From: a virus
Virus record (IMG/VR): IMGVR_UViG_3300025133_000038
Location: 1 to 64,000 of that record
Strand: one strand, 5' to 3'
Length of the DNA stretch: 64,000 nt
Shown piece after piece: positions 8,615 to 18,730 of the stretch (its first letter is position 1; each line of letters starts with the position of its first letter). Both the position numbers and the translations under genes were made by a program. The notes under the pieces are model-generated. The model was not told the origin of the DNA. It ran no database searches and saw only the letters and a list, made by a program, of their open reading frames with translations.

Positions 8615-8761
8615 TATGATTTTTGGATGGCAGGGTAGGCCCAAGTATAGAATTATATGGTATTGGCGACCTCGCATTATTATTCAACGAGGTTGGGTCC
8701 ATGTGTGTTGGCTAGGTCAATGCTGCGAGTGGATGACCGATAAATTTAATAGGGAAAGACA

Positions 8762-9454
8762 ATGAAAGACTACCTACGCATCATCGGTGATGTTCATGGT
8801 CTAGTGTCGCTCAAGCGACCGAATGGGCGAAACAAGGGCAAGAACTATATGAATGTGGCTCAAGCCGCAGAGTATAGCATCCAGCTTGGTGATATGGCTT
8901 TCGACTATAGTGACCTGAATAAGCTAGACCCACTTAAACATACCTTCTTTGGTGGCAACCATGATAATTATGATGTTATTGCTTCTTCACCTCATAATCT
9001 TGGTGACTATGGAGAGACATCCGTAGGAGGTGTAGACTTCTTCTTCTGTCGGGGTGGATTCTCTATTGATAAGAAGTATAGAGTAACCAACGAGCAAATG
9101 AGTGGACATAAGACTTGGTGGCAAGAGGAACAGCTATCTTATGCAGATGGGATGATGGCTCTTAAACTATATGAAAAAACTAAGCCTAGCTTAATGATTA
9201 CCCATACTTGTCCTACTGTAATAGCTGGACTCATTGGTAATCCTCAAGTGTTGGCAAACTTTGGGTATGACCCAGCTACGTTCAACACAATGACGCAGCG
9301 ATTGCTACAAGCTATGTTTGAGGCACATCAACCCAAGGTCTGGGTATTCGGACACTTTCATCGTAACTGGGAACAAACAGTCAACGGCACAAAATTTATC
9401 TGTATTGATGAGCTTGCTCATCTTACTCTTAATGAAGATGGAGAGATAGTATGA
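8762..9454 (+). CDS. Calcineurin-like metallophosphoesterase
   Basis: GDVHG, GD, GNHD, TH and GHFH motifs. Confidence 0.9.
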   Translation: MKDYLRIIGDVHGLVSLKRPNGRNKGKNYMNVAQAAEYSIQLGDMAFDYSDLNKLDPLKHTFFGGNHDNYDVIASSPHNLGDYGETSVGGVDFFFCRGGFSIDKKYRVTNEQMSGHKTWWQEEQLSYADGMMALKLYEKTKPSLMITHTCPTVIAGLIGNPQVLANFGYDPATFNTMTQRLLQAMFEAHQPKVWVFGHFHRNWEQTVNGTKFICIDELAHLTLNEDGEIV

Positions 9455-9981
9455 GTGAAGAAGTAACAGAGACAGCTTTAACCCCTCAACAGCAAATCCA
9501 AGAGAAAATGGTGGAGTCACTGGAGGCTATGCAGGAGTATGCTAACGCAACAGGAGAGTTTGTTGCGGAACAGGCTCCTTTGGTTGTTCAAGAGATTCAT
9601 ACTTGGGGGATGATTGAGTCGATTGGCTGGGGTTTCTTCTGGCTAGTAGCTAGTTTGTTACTTATTCTTGGCGGTCGCAAGTTAAGAACCTTAATCGGGA
9701 AAAACTGGTATGAAGAAGAATTAAATGCTCTTTCTGACAAGAGACAAGCCTCTGGAAATAGATTAGACTATACAGATGAAAGTCGTATAAGGGTCTTAAA
9801 TGAGAACAATACGTGTTCAAGTATATTTGCTCAGGTGGTGAGCATTGCTATGTTCGTATTCTCTTTCTTGTTCTTCGTATGGTTTGTCCTACCAAATTTT
9901 TTCACGGCAGCATACATTCACTTTGCCCCTCGTCTATACCTTATCGACCAACTGGTTGAAATGACCCAAAGGATTTTTTAA
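9451..9981 (+). CDS. Membrane protein
   Basis: Two TM segments. Confidence 0.75.
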   Translation: MSEEVTETALTPQQQIQEKMVESLEAMQEYANATGEFVAEQAPLVVQEIHTWGMIESIGWGFFWLVASLLLILGGRKLRTLIGKNWYEEELNALSDKRQASGNRLDYTDESRIRVLNENNTCSSIFAQVVSIAMFVFSFLFFVWFVLPNFFTAAYIHFAPRLYLIDQLVEMTQRIF

Positions 9982-10544
9982 TGAACATTAAGAAAATTTT
10001 CAGCGGCTACTACAACATGTTCCAAAAGGATAGGTATAGCTGGGCCTCTCGCGGAGATGTTCCTTGGTGTGAAGATGGAGGGATGCGTATAGATTGTGTA
10101 TCTATTGTTGCCAAGCATGAGAAGGGCACTGTTGTAATCAAACAGGTGAGAGATGTTATCGACGACGAGATATGGGAGTTCCCTGCTGGTAAGGTCGATA
10201 GGGGTGAGTCGGCTATTCAGGCAGCAAAGAGGGAGCTATTAGAGGAAACAGGATTAACTTTGCTTCCTGGGGCACTTCAGCTTAACTGGGCGTTCCCTTC
10301 CGCTGGTATGATTGATGAGTGCCATACCATTGTTGTCGGTCATTGTACTGGTGAGATAACCAATGAGCATAATGAGGGCGACGAACAGATTGAGGTCTTC
10401 CTTATGAGCGATGAGGAGTTGATTAACCTCAAGAAAGGCTATGAAAATTGCTCTGATTGTATCAGTGCGGGGTTGCTCCACCATATTGTGGGCCTCCACT
10501 TTCAAAGATTACTAAATTCATTCAACTATGTTGATGGAGAATAA
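9981..10544 (+). CDS. Nudix hydrolase, ADP-ribose pyrophosphatase-like
   Basis: EFPAGKVDRGESAIQAAKRELLEETG Nudix box. Confidence 0.9.
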   Translation: MNIKKIFSGYYNMFQKDRYSWASRGDVPWCEDGGMRIDCVSIVAKHEKGTVVIKQVRDVIDDEIWEFPAGKVDRGESAIQAAKRELLEETGLTLLPGALQLNWAFPSAGMIDECHTIVVGHCTGEITNEHNEGDEQIEVFLMSDEELINLKKGYENCSDCISAGLLHHIVGLHFQRLLNSFNYVDGE

Positions 10545-10545
10545 G

Positions 10546-10758
10546 ATGCTTGATATGTTTCTGGTGTTATTTCTAACGCCGATGTATCTCATAGGCTATC
10601 TGGCTGGCTTCCTATGGAGGTCGATAGGCTCAGGGTTCTATGAGGGTTTTAATGCTGTTCAGCTTAGTGCGGAAAAGCGGTTGTTACAAGAGTTTAAAGA
10701 AGTTTGTGAGGCTCACGGCCTTGACCCATTAGATTTTAACGAAGAGGGAGAAGTATGA
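10546..10758 (+). CDS. Small membrane protein
   Basis: GGAG RBS; N-terminal TM. Confidence 0.65.
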   Translation: MLDMFLVLFLTPMYLIGYLAGFLWRSIGSGFYEGFNAVQLSAEKRLLQEFKEVCEAHGLDPLDFNEEGEV

Positions 10759-11045
10759 TGAAGTACTATGTTTCACTAGGTAATCATAACCGTATGACCA
10801 TTAGTATTGGCAATCCTATTGCAGCCTGCCTAAAGGCATTAGAAAGATTTGACCTTATTGACCCTCCTACCTCTTTCAAGGTATCCCAAATTGGATACGA
10901 AGTACATAATGATAGTACAGAGGAAACGTATTTCTTAAATGCTATCATGGAAATCAAACAACTCTCTCAGGAGCCTCTTGAGGGCATCGACGAGACTGAG
11001 GATTTTGGCCTAGATAATCCCGAAAATTTTTCGTCGGGGGCTTGA
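10755..11045 (+). CDS. Hypothetical protein
   Basis: Coupled ORF; N-terminus MKYYVS shared with 24440..24643. Confidence 0.7.
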   Translation: MMKYYVSLGNHNRMTISIGNPIAACLKALERFDLIDPPTSFKVSQIGYEVHNDSTEETYFLNAIMEIKQLSQEPLEGIDETEDFGLDNPENFSSGA

Positions 11046-11069
11046 CATTTGCCTAGCATCCACTAAAAT
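11042..11069 (+). promoter_or_regulatory. sigma70-like promoter
   Basis: TTGACA-N16-TAAAAT. Confidence 0.8.
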
Positions 11070-11123
11070 AGGACTATAAGAGAGAACGAAACCCTTTGAC
11101 CTTTGACTTTTGGAGACTCGAAA

Positions 11124-11318
11124 ATGAGCAAATCAGGCGAACAGACAATCAACGTGGCTTTGACCGAAAACCAGTGGAGTGCGATTTTACGGACGATTGG
11201 GATGCGACAGCGAGAGTGTCAGAGCGTTACGTCTGAGTTTAAGCAACATGAGAAGTTTGCTAAGTTGGACGTTGAGTACGAGAAGTTGAAGATGAACATT
11301 GTAGCACAAATTAGCTAG
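11124..11318 (+). CDS. Hypothetical protein
   Basis: GGAG RBS. Confidence 0.7.
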   Translation: MSKSGEQTINVALTENQWSAILRTIGMRQRECQSVTSEFKQHEKFAKLDVEYEKLKMNIVAQIS

Positions 11319-11343
11319 TTTTGGACTTGTTTGGAGAGTAATT

Positions 11344-13470
11344 ATGAAGATTGAGAATAGTGATATTGAACTACATAGTAGTCGTTTGGGTGAGTCCCAT
11401 GTCTACAAAGTAGCACAAAACGCTCAGATTATGAAGATGCTTGCTGATAATGTGTATTCAGATAAGGTGCTTGCTCCGATTCGTGAGTTGAGTACCAATG
11501 CTCTGGATGGTCATACTAAGGGTGGAAACGTAGGTCAGCCGTTTGACGTATACCTACCAACTCGCCTAAGTCCCACTTTCCGTATTCGTGACTATGGTTG
11601 CGGTATGGACCGTGAGCAACTCACTAAGATGTATACCACCTATGGTGAGTCGGACAAGAACGACAGTAACGATTTCAATGGCTGTATGGGTATCGGGAGT
11701 AAGTCTCCCTTTGCTTATGCTCAGTCGTTCACCACTACCTCCTACCATAACGGTAAGAAGTATGTGTGTATCAACTCTAAGAACGAGGAAGATATTCCTG
11801 TTCTACAATTCGTTATTGATGGGGTTGATACTGATGAACCTAATGGAATCGACATTAGCTTCGCAGTCAAAGCCAACGATGTGTATAAGTTTGAGGAAGC
11901 GGCACAAAGGTTGTACCGTCACTTCCCTGTGATGCCTAACATCAAGACTGGTGTTTGTGTCATTCCTGAGAGAGAGTATCTCTATGAAGGTAAGAACTGG
12001 CGTATCCTGGCTCATAGTGGAGAAAGCGTTGCGGTCATGGGGTGGATTGAATACCCTGTTGCCACTAAGCACTTCTCCAAGCATAACGATGACAACTACT
12101 ACTGGCGTAGACAAGACGATACTCCTGAGGCACAGTTGCTCTCAATGGGTATCGAGATGGACTTCGAGATTGGTGAAGTTGAAATGGATATGGCTCGTGA
12201 GTCACTCCAGTACAACAAGAAGTCTATCGACAACATTAAGGCTCGACTGAAGGAAATCTTAGCCTTCCTAAAGGCTGAAATGTCTAAGTCTTTCGACGAC
12301 TGTGAATCCCTATGGGATGCTCGCGTTCGATACCAGGACTTGACTTCAGGTAAGATGCAGACCCTTCAGAAGTTGATGGGGTTGCAGAAGCCAGAGTACA
12401 ATGGTGTAGACCTAAGTAAGTCTGTTGACCTTGGTGGTCTTACTGGTTGTCACTTTGTTAAGTTTCGTAACGATGGGCTGAAGAAGGCTCGTCGTACAGA
12501 TAAGATTACTGACTATCATCCTTCTGGGACTGCAACTCTCAGTAAGTTTGACTTTTATGAAAACGATATGAAGCGTGGGGAGTATTCTGCCTGCGACCGT
12601 GTTGTTATGGATAGCGACACAGACTGTCATACTGTCTACCTGTGTAAGTTTGATGATGACACAGCTCGACAAAACTTCATTGATGAAATGGGGTGGTTGG
12701 ATGACTCCTTCCTAAAGAAAACCAGTTCTGCCCCTCAGCCAAGTGCTAAGGCTAGAGCAGCGAAAGAGAACGTATTCAAGTACCGTCTGGATAAGGCGAC
12801 CACTGGGTACACTTCTAGTCGCTATGCTAAGGATTGGTGGAAACCTGAGAAGGTTGAGTTTAGTGATGGTGGCGTGTTTGTAGAGATTAACGCTTTCCGT
12901 TGTCGCTCTGCGAGTGGTACGGATAGGTCTTCCAATGAGATTGGACAGATGATTAAGCTGTTAGAGGTTCTTGGTGTTACTCCTCCTAGTGAGGTAGTCG
13001 GCATCAAAACTGTTGCTGTCAAAAAGTATCGTAAGTCGAAAGACTGGGTTGACGTTCTTGATTGGGTTAAGGAAAAGTTTAACGCTTACCTGAAAGCCAA
13101 TAAGGTTGGTGAGTTAATTGCTAACATTCAAGAGCTGGAAAGTTTTCAGGGCGACAAGTATCGCTCGATTATCAAGATTGCAAATGGCAGTTTTGACAAG
13201 AGAAGTCCTCTCCATTCCTTTTGGGCAAAGGTAGAGGAACTAGAGAAGGTGAAAGCGAGTAGCGGTACTAAGTGTTCTAGTGCCCAGAAGTTGGCTAACA
13301 TCATGCGGCTAGACCTAGCTGGTGATGCAAAGTACAACCTCGAAAACGAAGAGGCTGCCATCCTTAATCGGTATGGTATGCTTGAAGTAATCGAATCGTG
13401 GGATGTAAGGAATCACGGTGCGAAGATTGTTAGTTATGTTAACCTTATTGACAAATGTGAGGGAATTTAA
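11344..13470 (+). CDS. rIIA: rIIA-like protein (N-terminal GHKL ATPase)
   Basis: YSDK..IRELSTNALD, DYGCG, GIGSKSPF motifs; 708 aa; followed by rIIB. Confidence 0.9.
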   Translation: MKIENSDIELHSSRLGESHVYKVAQNAQIMKMLADNVYSDKVLAPIRELSTNALDGHTKGGNVGQPFDVYLPTRLSPTFRIRDYGCGMDREQLTKMYTTYGESDKNDSNDFNGCMGIGSKSPFAYAQSFTTTSYHNGKKYVCINSKNEEDIPVLQFVIDGVDTDEPNGIDISFAVKANDVYKFEEAAQRLYRHFPVMPNIKTGVCVIPEREYLYEGKNWRILAHSGESVAVMGWIEYPVATKHFSKHNDDNYYWRRQDDTPEAQLLSMGIEMDFEIGEVEMDMARESLQYNKKSIDNIKARLKEILAFLKAEMSKSFDDCESLWDARVRYQDLTSGKMQTLQKLMGLQKPEYNGVDLSKSVDLGGLTGCHFVKFRNDGLKKARRTDKITDYHPSGTATLSKFDFYENDMKRGEYSACDRVVMDSDTDCHTVYLCKFDDDTARQNFIDEMGWLDDSFLKKTSSAPQPSAKARAAKENVFKYRLDKATTGYTSSRYAKDWWKPEKVEFSDGGVFVEINAFRCRSASGTDRSSNEIGQMIKLLEVLGVTPPSEVVGIKTVAVKKYRKSKDWVDVLDWVKEKFNAYLKANKVGELIANIQELESFQGDKYRSIIKIANGSFDKRSPLHSFWAKVEELEKVKASSGTKCSSAQKLANIMRLDLAGDAKYNLENEEAAILNRYGMLEVIESWDVRNHGAKIVSYVNLIDKCEGI

Positions 13471-13471
13471 G

Positions 13472-14470
13472 ATGAGTAAAATCGAAGGCGTAGAGTTCAG
13501 TTATGTTGGTGGCGAGTTGACCATTTTTACCCTGTCGGATGGGGCTTCCTATCCGCTGGGTAAAGACCACCCTTCTTATGGTCAGATTAAGAAGAATCTT
13601 CGTACACTAACCGAGGATGAGGCAAGGGAATTGCTGGATGCTAAAAAGGCAACTGAAGCGTTCTTGAACTCTGGCTCAGGTGATGGTACGAATAAGGCTA
13701 CTGTGAAGGATGGCGTTGTATACTACAATGGCCTTCAGGTTCACAATGCTGTAGCTACACGTATCGTGGACCAGATGCAGGCAGGGTTGGATTCAACCAA
13801 CTTGCTGCGATTCCTAGAGCGTGTTGACCTTAACCCGTCCTATCAGTCGGCCCAGGAGCTATTTGACTTCCTTGACCGTAAGGGACTACCCATTACCGAG
13901 GATGGATGTTTCCTCGCCTACAAAGCTGTCCGAGATGACTTCAAGGACATCTACAGTGGAACCATCGACAACTCACCTGGACAGGTGGTTAAGATGAAGC
14001 GTGGCAAGGTTGACGACAACCGTAACCACCACTGTTCGCAAGGATTGCATGTGGGTGCAATGGAGTACGTTCGCTGGTATGGTAGTCGGGATGGCCGAGT
14101 TGTATTAGTCAAGGTTGACCCAGAGCACTGTGTCTCTGTGCCTAACGATTGCGAGTACAAGAAGTTGCGTACTTGTCAGTACGAAGTACTTAGCGAGTTC
14201 ACTGGTGAACTATTCGGTGCAGTCTACACCTCAAGAGGTGAGGAAGTTGTTAGTCCTCTGGACGACGAGGATTACGACTGGGGCTGGGCAGATAACGACT
14301 ACGACGAAGATGACTACGACGACTACGATGAGGACGACTCCTTCAGTGAAGGTGATGTTGTCAGCGAGACTGTCGGAGAGTTGGAGGCTAAGGTTGAAGA
14401 GCTAACCAGACAGTTAGCAGATGTTAAAGCTAGCCCGTCTTATCGAACCCCTAACCGGGATAATTGGTAA
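13472..14470 (+). CDS. rIIB: rIIB-like protein
   Basis: NPS...ELFDFL..LPITEDGCFLAYKAV, CSQGLH, VSVPND; acidic tail. Confidence 0.9.
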   Translation: MSKIEGVEFSYVGGELTIFTLSDGASYPLGKDHPSYGQIKKNLRTLTEDEARELLDAKKATEAFLNSGSGDGTNKATVKDGVVYYNGLQVHNAVATRIVDQMQAGLDSTNLLRFLERVDLNPSYQSAQELFDFLDRKGLPITEDGCFLAYKAVRDDFKDIYSGTIDNSPGQVVKMKRGKVDDNRNHHCSQGLHVGAMEYVRWYGSRDGRVVLVKVDPEHCVSVPNDCEYKKLRTCQYEVLSEFTGELFGAVYTSRGEEVVSPLDDEDYDWGWADNDYDEDDYDDYDEDDSFSEGDVVSETVGELEAKVEELTRQLADVKASPSYRTPNRDNW

Positions 14471-14476
14471 TCTAAA

Positions 14477-14512
14477 AGGCAGGGGTCTCACTGAGGCCCC
14501 TGTCTCTTTTTA
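14477..14512 (+). terminator. Rho-independent terminator
   Basis: AGGCAGGGGTCTC/GAGGCCCCTGTCT hairpin plus T run. Confidence 0.85.
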
Positions 14513-14532
14513 ATTTTGAGAGGAATGATAGT

Positions 14533-14829
14533 ATGGCTACCTTTTGCCTAATGATTCTTGGTATTCTTTGTAATATTTGGCGTGCTTTTGTTTTAGCCTG
14601 TGCTGCCGTGTGGTTCTTGCCAGACTTAGGAGTAAGCGTTCCTGAAAACTCATGGTCTTTAAGTTATGTGGCTCTTGTATCGTATCAGCTAATAAGCTCT
14701 AGGGTTCCAATGACTGAAAAGGAAATTGAGATAGACGGAGAATATGTCTTTCTTTGGACTTTTACCCACTTCTTTGTTACTACGATAACTCTGATTACTC
14801 TTAGTGTCGCCAGATACCTGTTCTTTTAA
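14533..14829 (+). CDS. Membrane protein
   Basis: Multiple hydrophobic segments. Confidence 0.7.
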   Translation: MATFCLMILGILCNIWRAFVLACAAVWFLPDLGVSVPENSWSLSYVALVSYQLISSRVPMTEKEIEIDGEYVFLWTFTHFFVTTITLITLSVARYLFF

Positions 14830-14838
14830 GGGGCTGAG

Positions 14839-15210
14839 ATGAAACTGACACCCTATGACCATGATACAGAGTTACGATACAAATGCCCGCACTGTGAGTT
14901 CGCTCATTATAAACCCCTAAAGGAAGTGCTAAGACCGAATCCGGTCATCGACTGCTACTGCGGTAAGACAGTTGAGCTTGAGCAGCTAACCAATGCTAAG
15001 TTCACGGCTACTCCTGTCAGTCAAGTGAAAGTGCCAGTGAGTTCTAGTGTTGATACCAAATCTGCCTATCGGCTGATTAGGGCACAGGGCTACACTATGG
15101 AAGTGTCAGACACCATAATGAAAAAAGGTTTGACAAAGAATCCTCAGAGTACTGGGGAATTGGTTAGATTTGCACTTGCGGAGTTAAACGATGGAACTGA
15201 GACCAACTAA
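14839..15210 (+). CDS. Zinc ribbon fused to RuvA domain III-like module
   Basis: CPHC..CYC N-terminus; C-terminal AYRLIRAQGY...ELVRFALAEL resembles RuvA CTD; overlaps ruvB. Confidence 0.65.
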   Translation: MKLTPYDHDTELRYKCPHCEFAHYKPLKEVLRPNPVIDCYCGKTVELEQLTNAKFTATPVSQVKVPVSSSVDTKSAYRLIRAQGYTMEVSDTIMKKGLTKNPQSTGELVRFALAELNDGTETN

Positions 15211-16105
15211 ATTTGATGATATTATCGGACAAGAACATATTAAAGAAGTCCTTGAGATACTCGTAGGAGCTTCCGAGAAACGTAAAGAGGCATTACCCCA
15301 CGTTCTATTTGAGGGTCCACCGGGACTTGGTAAGACTACTCTAGCCCGCGCTCTAGCTAATGAGGCAGGCAGGAGAATTGTAATCGGCAATGGTGCAAAC
15401 ATTGGTAGTATGAAAAAGATGCTGCCCTATGTCATGGATATTCAAGAGGGTGACATTCTGTTTATCGACGAGATTCACAGACTGCCAATACCCATCCAAG
15501 AATTTTTGCTGACTGTCATTGAAGACTTCAGGGTAGACCTGTCTGACGGCGTTGATACGACCTCGATTGAACTGCCTAAGTTTAGCTTTGTCGGTGCTAC
15601 GACAGAGGGTGGCACGCTGCTAGCCCCACTCAGAGATAGGTTCAAGCAGAAGCTACAGCTAGAGCTATACTCCAATGTCCACCTCTATGAGATTGGTAAG
15701 GGCAATGCTAAGAGGCTCAACCTGAACATGAGCGAGGAGGGTTTGCTCCACTTGGCTAGAGTGTCGAGAGGAACCCCGCGAGTCCTGAACTCAGGATTAG
15801 AGTGGATGAGAGACTATTGTACCTCAAAGAACATTAGTCAGGCAGGGAAAGAGACTGTGGTGAAAGCCCTCGCCATGACGGGTGTTGATGAGCATGGGCG
15901 AACTAAGCAGGACAGGTTGTACCTGAAGGCTCTGGCTGGTATCATTACTAAGACTAGGAACCCTGTTGGATTGGCTACTATTGTGGCTCAGACAGGATTG
16001 AAGGCTGAGGATATTACTCAGGTAATTGAACCTTTTCTCCTGCGAAACAAAATGGTGTTACGAACTCCTAGAGGAAGGGTAATTGGACAATGGAAGCCGA
16101 CATAA
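15191..16105 (+). CDS. ruvB: Holliday junction branch-migration ATPase RuvB
   Basis: LRPTKFDDIIGQ, GPPGLGKTT, FIDEIHRL, PLRDRF, SRGTPR, RTPRGR. Confidence 0.95.
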   Translation: MELRPTKFDDIIGQEHIKEVLEILVGASEKRKEALPHVLFEGPPGLGKTTLARALANEAGRRIVIGNGANIGSMKKMLPYVMDIQEGDILFIDEIHRLPIPIQEFLLTVIEDFRVDLSDGVDTTSIELPKFSFVGATTEGGTLLAPLRDRFKQKLQLELYSNVHLYEIGKGNAKRLNLNMSEEGLLHLARVSRGTPRVLNSGLEWMRDYCTSKNISQAGKETVVKALAMTGVDEHGRTKQDRLYLKALAGIITKTRNPVGLATIVAQTGLKAEDITQVIEPFLLRNKMVLRTPRGRVIGQWKPT

Positions 16106-16287
16106 TCAACGTAGTCCTAGATTGCATGTTTCTTTCGTTCTACATTACCTGTATTGGCATTGCAGTACTTATGACTGTTTGTTTTATTCATATGGTTGTG
16201 AATAGTATAAATAAGATGATGTTAACAGGGAAGCCAGTCAAGAGATACAAGCAGGGAAAACCCCCTTATCCAGAGGACTTAAAATGA
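16090..16287 (+). CDS. Small membrane protein
   Basis: TM segment; coupled to next ORF. Confidence 0.6.
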   Translation: MEADIINVVLDCMFLSFYITCIGIAVLMTVCFIHMVVNSINKMMLTGKPVKRYKQGKPPYPEDLK

Positions 16288-16592
16288 TTCCTGACGAAGT
16301 ACCAATCTTTACTAAGGATGACCTCCTGCCTATGGGTAGTGAGGTCTACGAGGTTGACGATAAGGCAACGACCGTGGGTTGGCTAAAACAGTTGTTTCTC
16401 TATGGGACCAGCGAGAAAATGTCAATCACTCCTGCTGACCAGAAGGACTACAAGATGGCAGTAGATGCCTTTAAGAAGGCTAATGGTATTGGCGGTAGAA
16501 TACTACTAGATGACTGGGAAGAGACTACGACCGTCGCCAAACAGGTGAAGGCGTTAAATAAATGCATGAAGGAGTTAGACTATGCTCAGTAA
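16284..16592 (+). CDS. Hypothetical protein
   Basis: GAGG RBS; ATGA overlap. Confidence 0.75.
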   Translation: MIPDEVPIFTKDDLLPMGSEVYEVDDKATTVGWLKQLFLYGTSEKMSITPADQKDYKMAVDAFKKANGIGGRILLDDWEETTTVAKQVKALNKCMKELDYAQ

Positions 16593-16815
16593 AAATTGGT
16601 TTGGTATGGACCCTCATCCAACAGACAAATACATAAGTGGTCTCAATAGTTTTGAGAATGTCCAAAAAATAGCTGTCGAGTTTCGTCATAACTATCAAGC
16701 AATTTGTAATTGTATTGGCGAAAAAGCAGTGCAGGATTTGCTTCGAGCCTCATTTGCTGCTGGTGAAATAGAAGAAATGAGAAGTGCAAAAGCTTGGGAC
16801 TCTAAGTATAGTTAG
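16582..16815 (+). CDS. Hypothetical protein
   Basis: GGAG RBS. Confidence 0.7.
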   Translation: MLSKNWFGMDPHPTDKYISGLNSFENVQKIAVEFRHNYQAICNCIGEKAVQDLLRASFAAGEIEEMRSAKAWDSKYS

Positions 16816-17492
16816 TTGTTTTTAGCTATAAGTTTACACCACTTAATAAAGTCTTCTTGTGGTGAATCCCACTTCATAGTATTGATTGCTTTATGTATCC
16901 ATTGAACATTACCCTCAATATAACCCTGTGATGAATCAATGCGGTCAAGAGATGCTGTTGTGTCTTTGTTTCGAGATACTAATTTTATTGGAGACCCTGA
17001 TATATTACACTTATGGTCCTGTTGGGTAAGTAGTTTATCTATATATTCCATAGTGATAGAGAACTCAAGGTTTCTACGTTCGGCCCCATGTTTAATGGAA
17101 AGAAAATAAGCATTAGGAATATGTCCTATTCCTTTCCAGTTTCCGTGATTTGCACCCTTTGTACTAATCCTACAACCGCAACTTCGGTATGATTTATTTA
17201 GTAACCTGCAAGTTGGAAGAACAATTTCTTTTCCACAATCACACAAACACTTACAACCACCATGAACATACTCAATAACTAAAAGACCTCCAAATCTTTG
17301 GTTTAAGAGTCCACTTTTACTAGAAATGGGAAGGCTGTTAGGTCTATTCTTTCTACTGTTTGAGCGTAGTATGACCCCAGCCTTATTTAATTTATTGAGA
17401 ATGGTCGATTTGCTACACTGATATTTCTTCGCTATTTGTCTGGAAGACAATCCATTGTAGTAATCTTCTGTTATTTTATCTATATCTAACAT
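16812..17492 (-). CDS. Free-standing HNH-type homing endonuclease with N-terminal HTH
   Basis: CLCDCG, SCGC, SLDRIDSSQGYIEGNVQW..INTMK; antisense to surroundings. Confidence 0.85.
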   Translation of the reverse strand: MLDIDKITEDYYNGLSSRQIAKKYQCSKSTILNKLNKAGVILRSNSRKNRPNSLPISSKSGLLNQRFGGLLVIEYVHGGCKCLCDCGKEIVLPTCRLLNKSYRSCGCRISTKGANHGNWKGIGHIPNAYFLSIKHGAERRNLEFSITMEYIDKLLTQQDHKCNISGSPIKLVSRNKDTTASLDRIDSSQGYIEGNVQWIHKAINTMKWDSPQEDFIKWCKLIAKNN

Positions 17493-17550
17493 GTAATTTT
17501 CTCCGTTAAGTTAATAAATGTCCACACTATTATAATGGATACACCAAATC

Positions 17551-17982
17551 ATGCCAAAAGGCGTTAAACAATGTAATTCTTGCGGGGAACCTACTGGGCC
17601 TGCGGCTAAGTACTGTGCGTGCGGTGCTGAATTTATCTTTGCCCCAAAGCTAATCAAGCAGAACAAGGTACTCAAAGGTCCGTTCGACTGGCGAGAGTTG
17701 AAGAAGGGTGAGTTCATTAAGTCAGTGGGTGGTCATGGCCCCTTCTATCCGTACAAGGATGTTGACAGCGGAGAGACAGAAATTATACCTATGGGTCACT
17801 ATGGGATATTTAGAGTGTCTTTTGTTGACGACAAAGGTATTGGTACACATCAAGTATTTACCAACCAGGATAATGGTGGGTTTTGCTATTTGTATATGGG
17901 TGAGCCAAGGTTAAGTAAAGAAACGGGCAATGTAATGAGGCCCCACAAAATTAAAAAGGTCATTAGAAGGAAGGGAAAATAA
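17551..17982 (+). CDS. Zinc-ribbon hypothetical protein
   Basis: CNSC..CACG N-terminus. Confidence 0.75.
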   Translation: MPKGVKQCNSCGEPTGPAAKYCACGAEFIFAPKLIKQNKVLKGPFDWRELKKGEFIKSVGGHGPFYPYKDVDSGETEIIPMGHYGIFRVSFVDDKGIGTHQVFTNQDNGGFCYLYMGEPRLSKETGNVMRPHKIKKVIRRKGK

Positions 17983-18132
17983 TGTTCAGTCCAATACTAG
18001 CAGTTGTTATCCTCCTATGCGTCTTGTACGGCATCCACGACGGCAATGTGGCGATGCGAGAGACGAGAGAGGGCAAACGGCCAGCCGCTAAGAAAATAAG
18101 TAGCCGTTACAGCTACGCGATATTTTTTTGGC

Positions 18133-18160
18133 TTGACATGTAGAGATTTGGGTCTATAAT
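18133..18160 (+). promoter_or_regulatory. sigma70-like promoter
   Basis: TTGACA-N16-TATAAT. Confidence 0.85.
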
Positions 18161-18367
18161 AGAGACAAAGAAACAATTTGTGTTCGACCGGAACACCAGT
18201 AATGGGGTCGGAGACAGAGAGGGTGTTGCATAACTAATGTCGTTGTGTTACTGCCTGCCTAGATAAAATACCTACAAATTACTAATTTGGGGTCTGAAAA
18301 CGTAACAGTTATGAGCTTCGAGCTTGTGACACGGTGGGTAGTAACATTAACGATTAAGGTTTATGAT

Positions 18368-18730
18368 ATGGTAGACAATGCTACTTCAAAATTTTTAGAC
18401 GCATTAAAGACACTAAACTGGATAGAAGCAGAGAACTCTGGTTATTCAACCTTTACAACAATTCAGTTGCACGCAAGGTCTCCCTCTGGTAAAGAGGTTC
18501 GTCTTATGATGCATGTTTATGATGAGCGTAGAGATTTTAATCTTTGCGTAGGCCATAGGTTTATCTTAACCAATGAAACCAAAGAGAGGCTACATGAGGT
18601 TTGGGACGAGGTATATGAATCAGCCTACTCAAACAAAATCTCTAAACTTGCTAAAGAAGCAGAGGAAAAAGTAAAGAGATTTAAAGAAAGAGAACAAGAA
18701 GAAATCAACACATTATTGGAGGAGTTCTAA
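18368..18730 (+). CDS. Hypothetical protein
   Basis: AAGG RBS; coupled to next ORF. Confidence 0.7.
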   Translation: MVDNATSKFLDALKTLNWIEAENSGYSTFTTIQLHARSPSGKEVRLMMHVYDERRDFNLCVGHRFILTNETKERLHEVWDEVYESAYSNKISKLAKEAEEKVKRFKEREQEEINTLLEEF

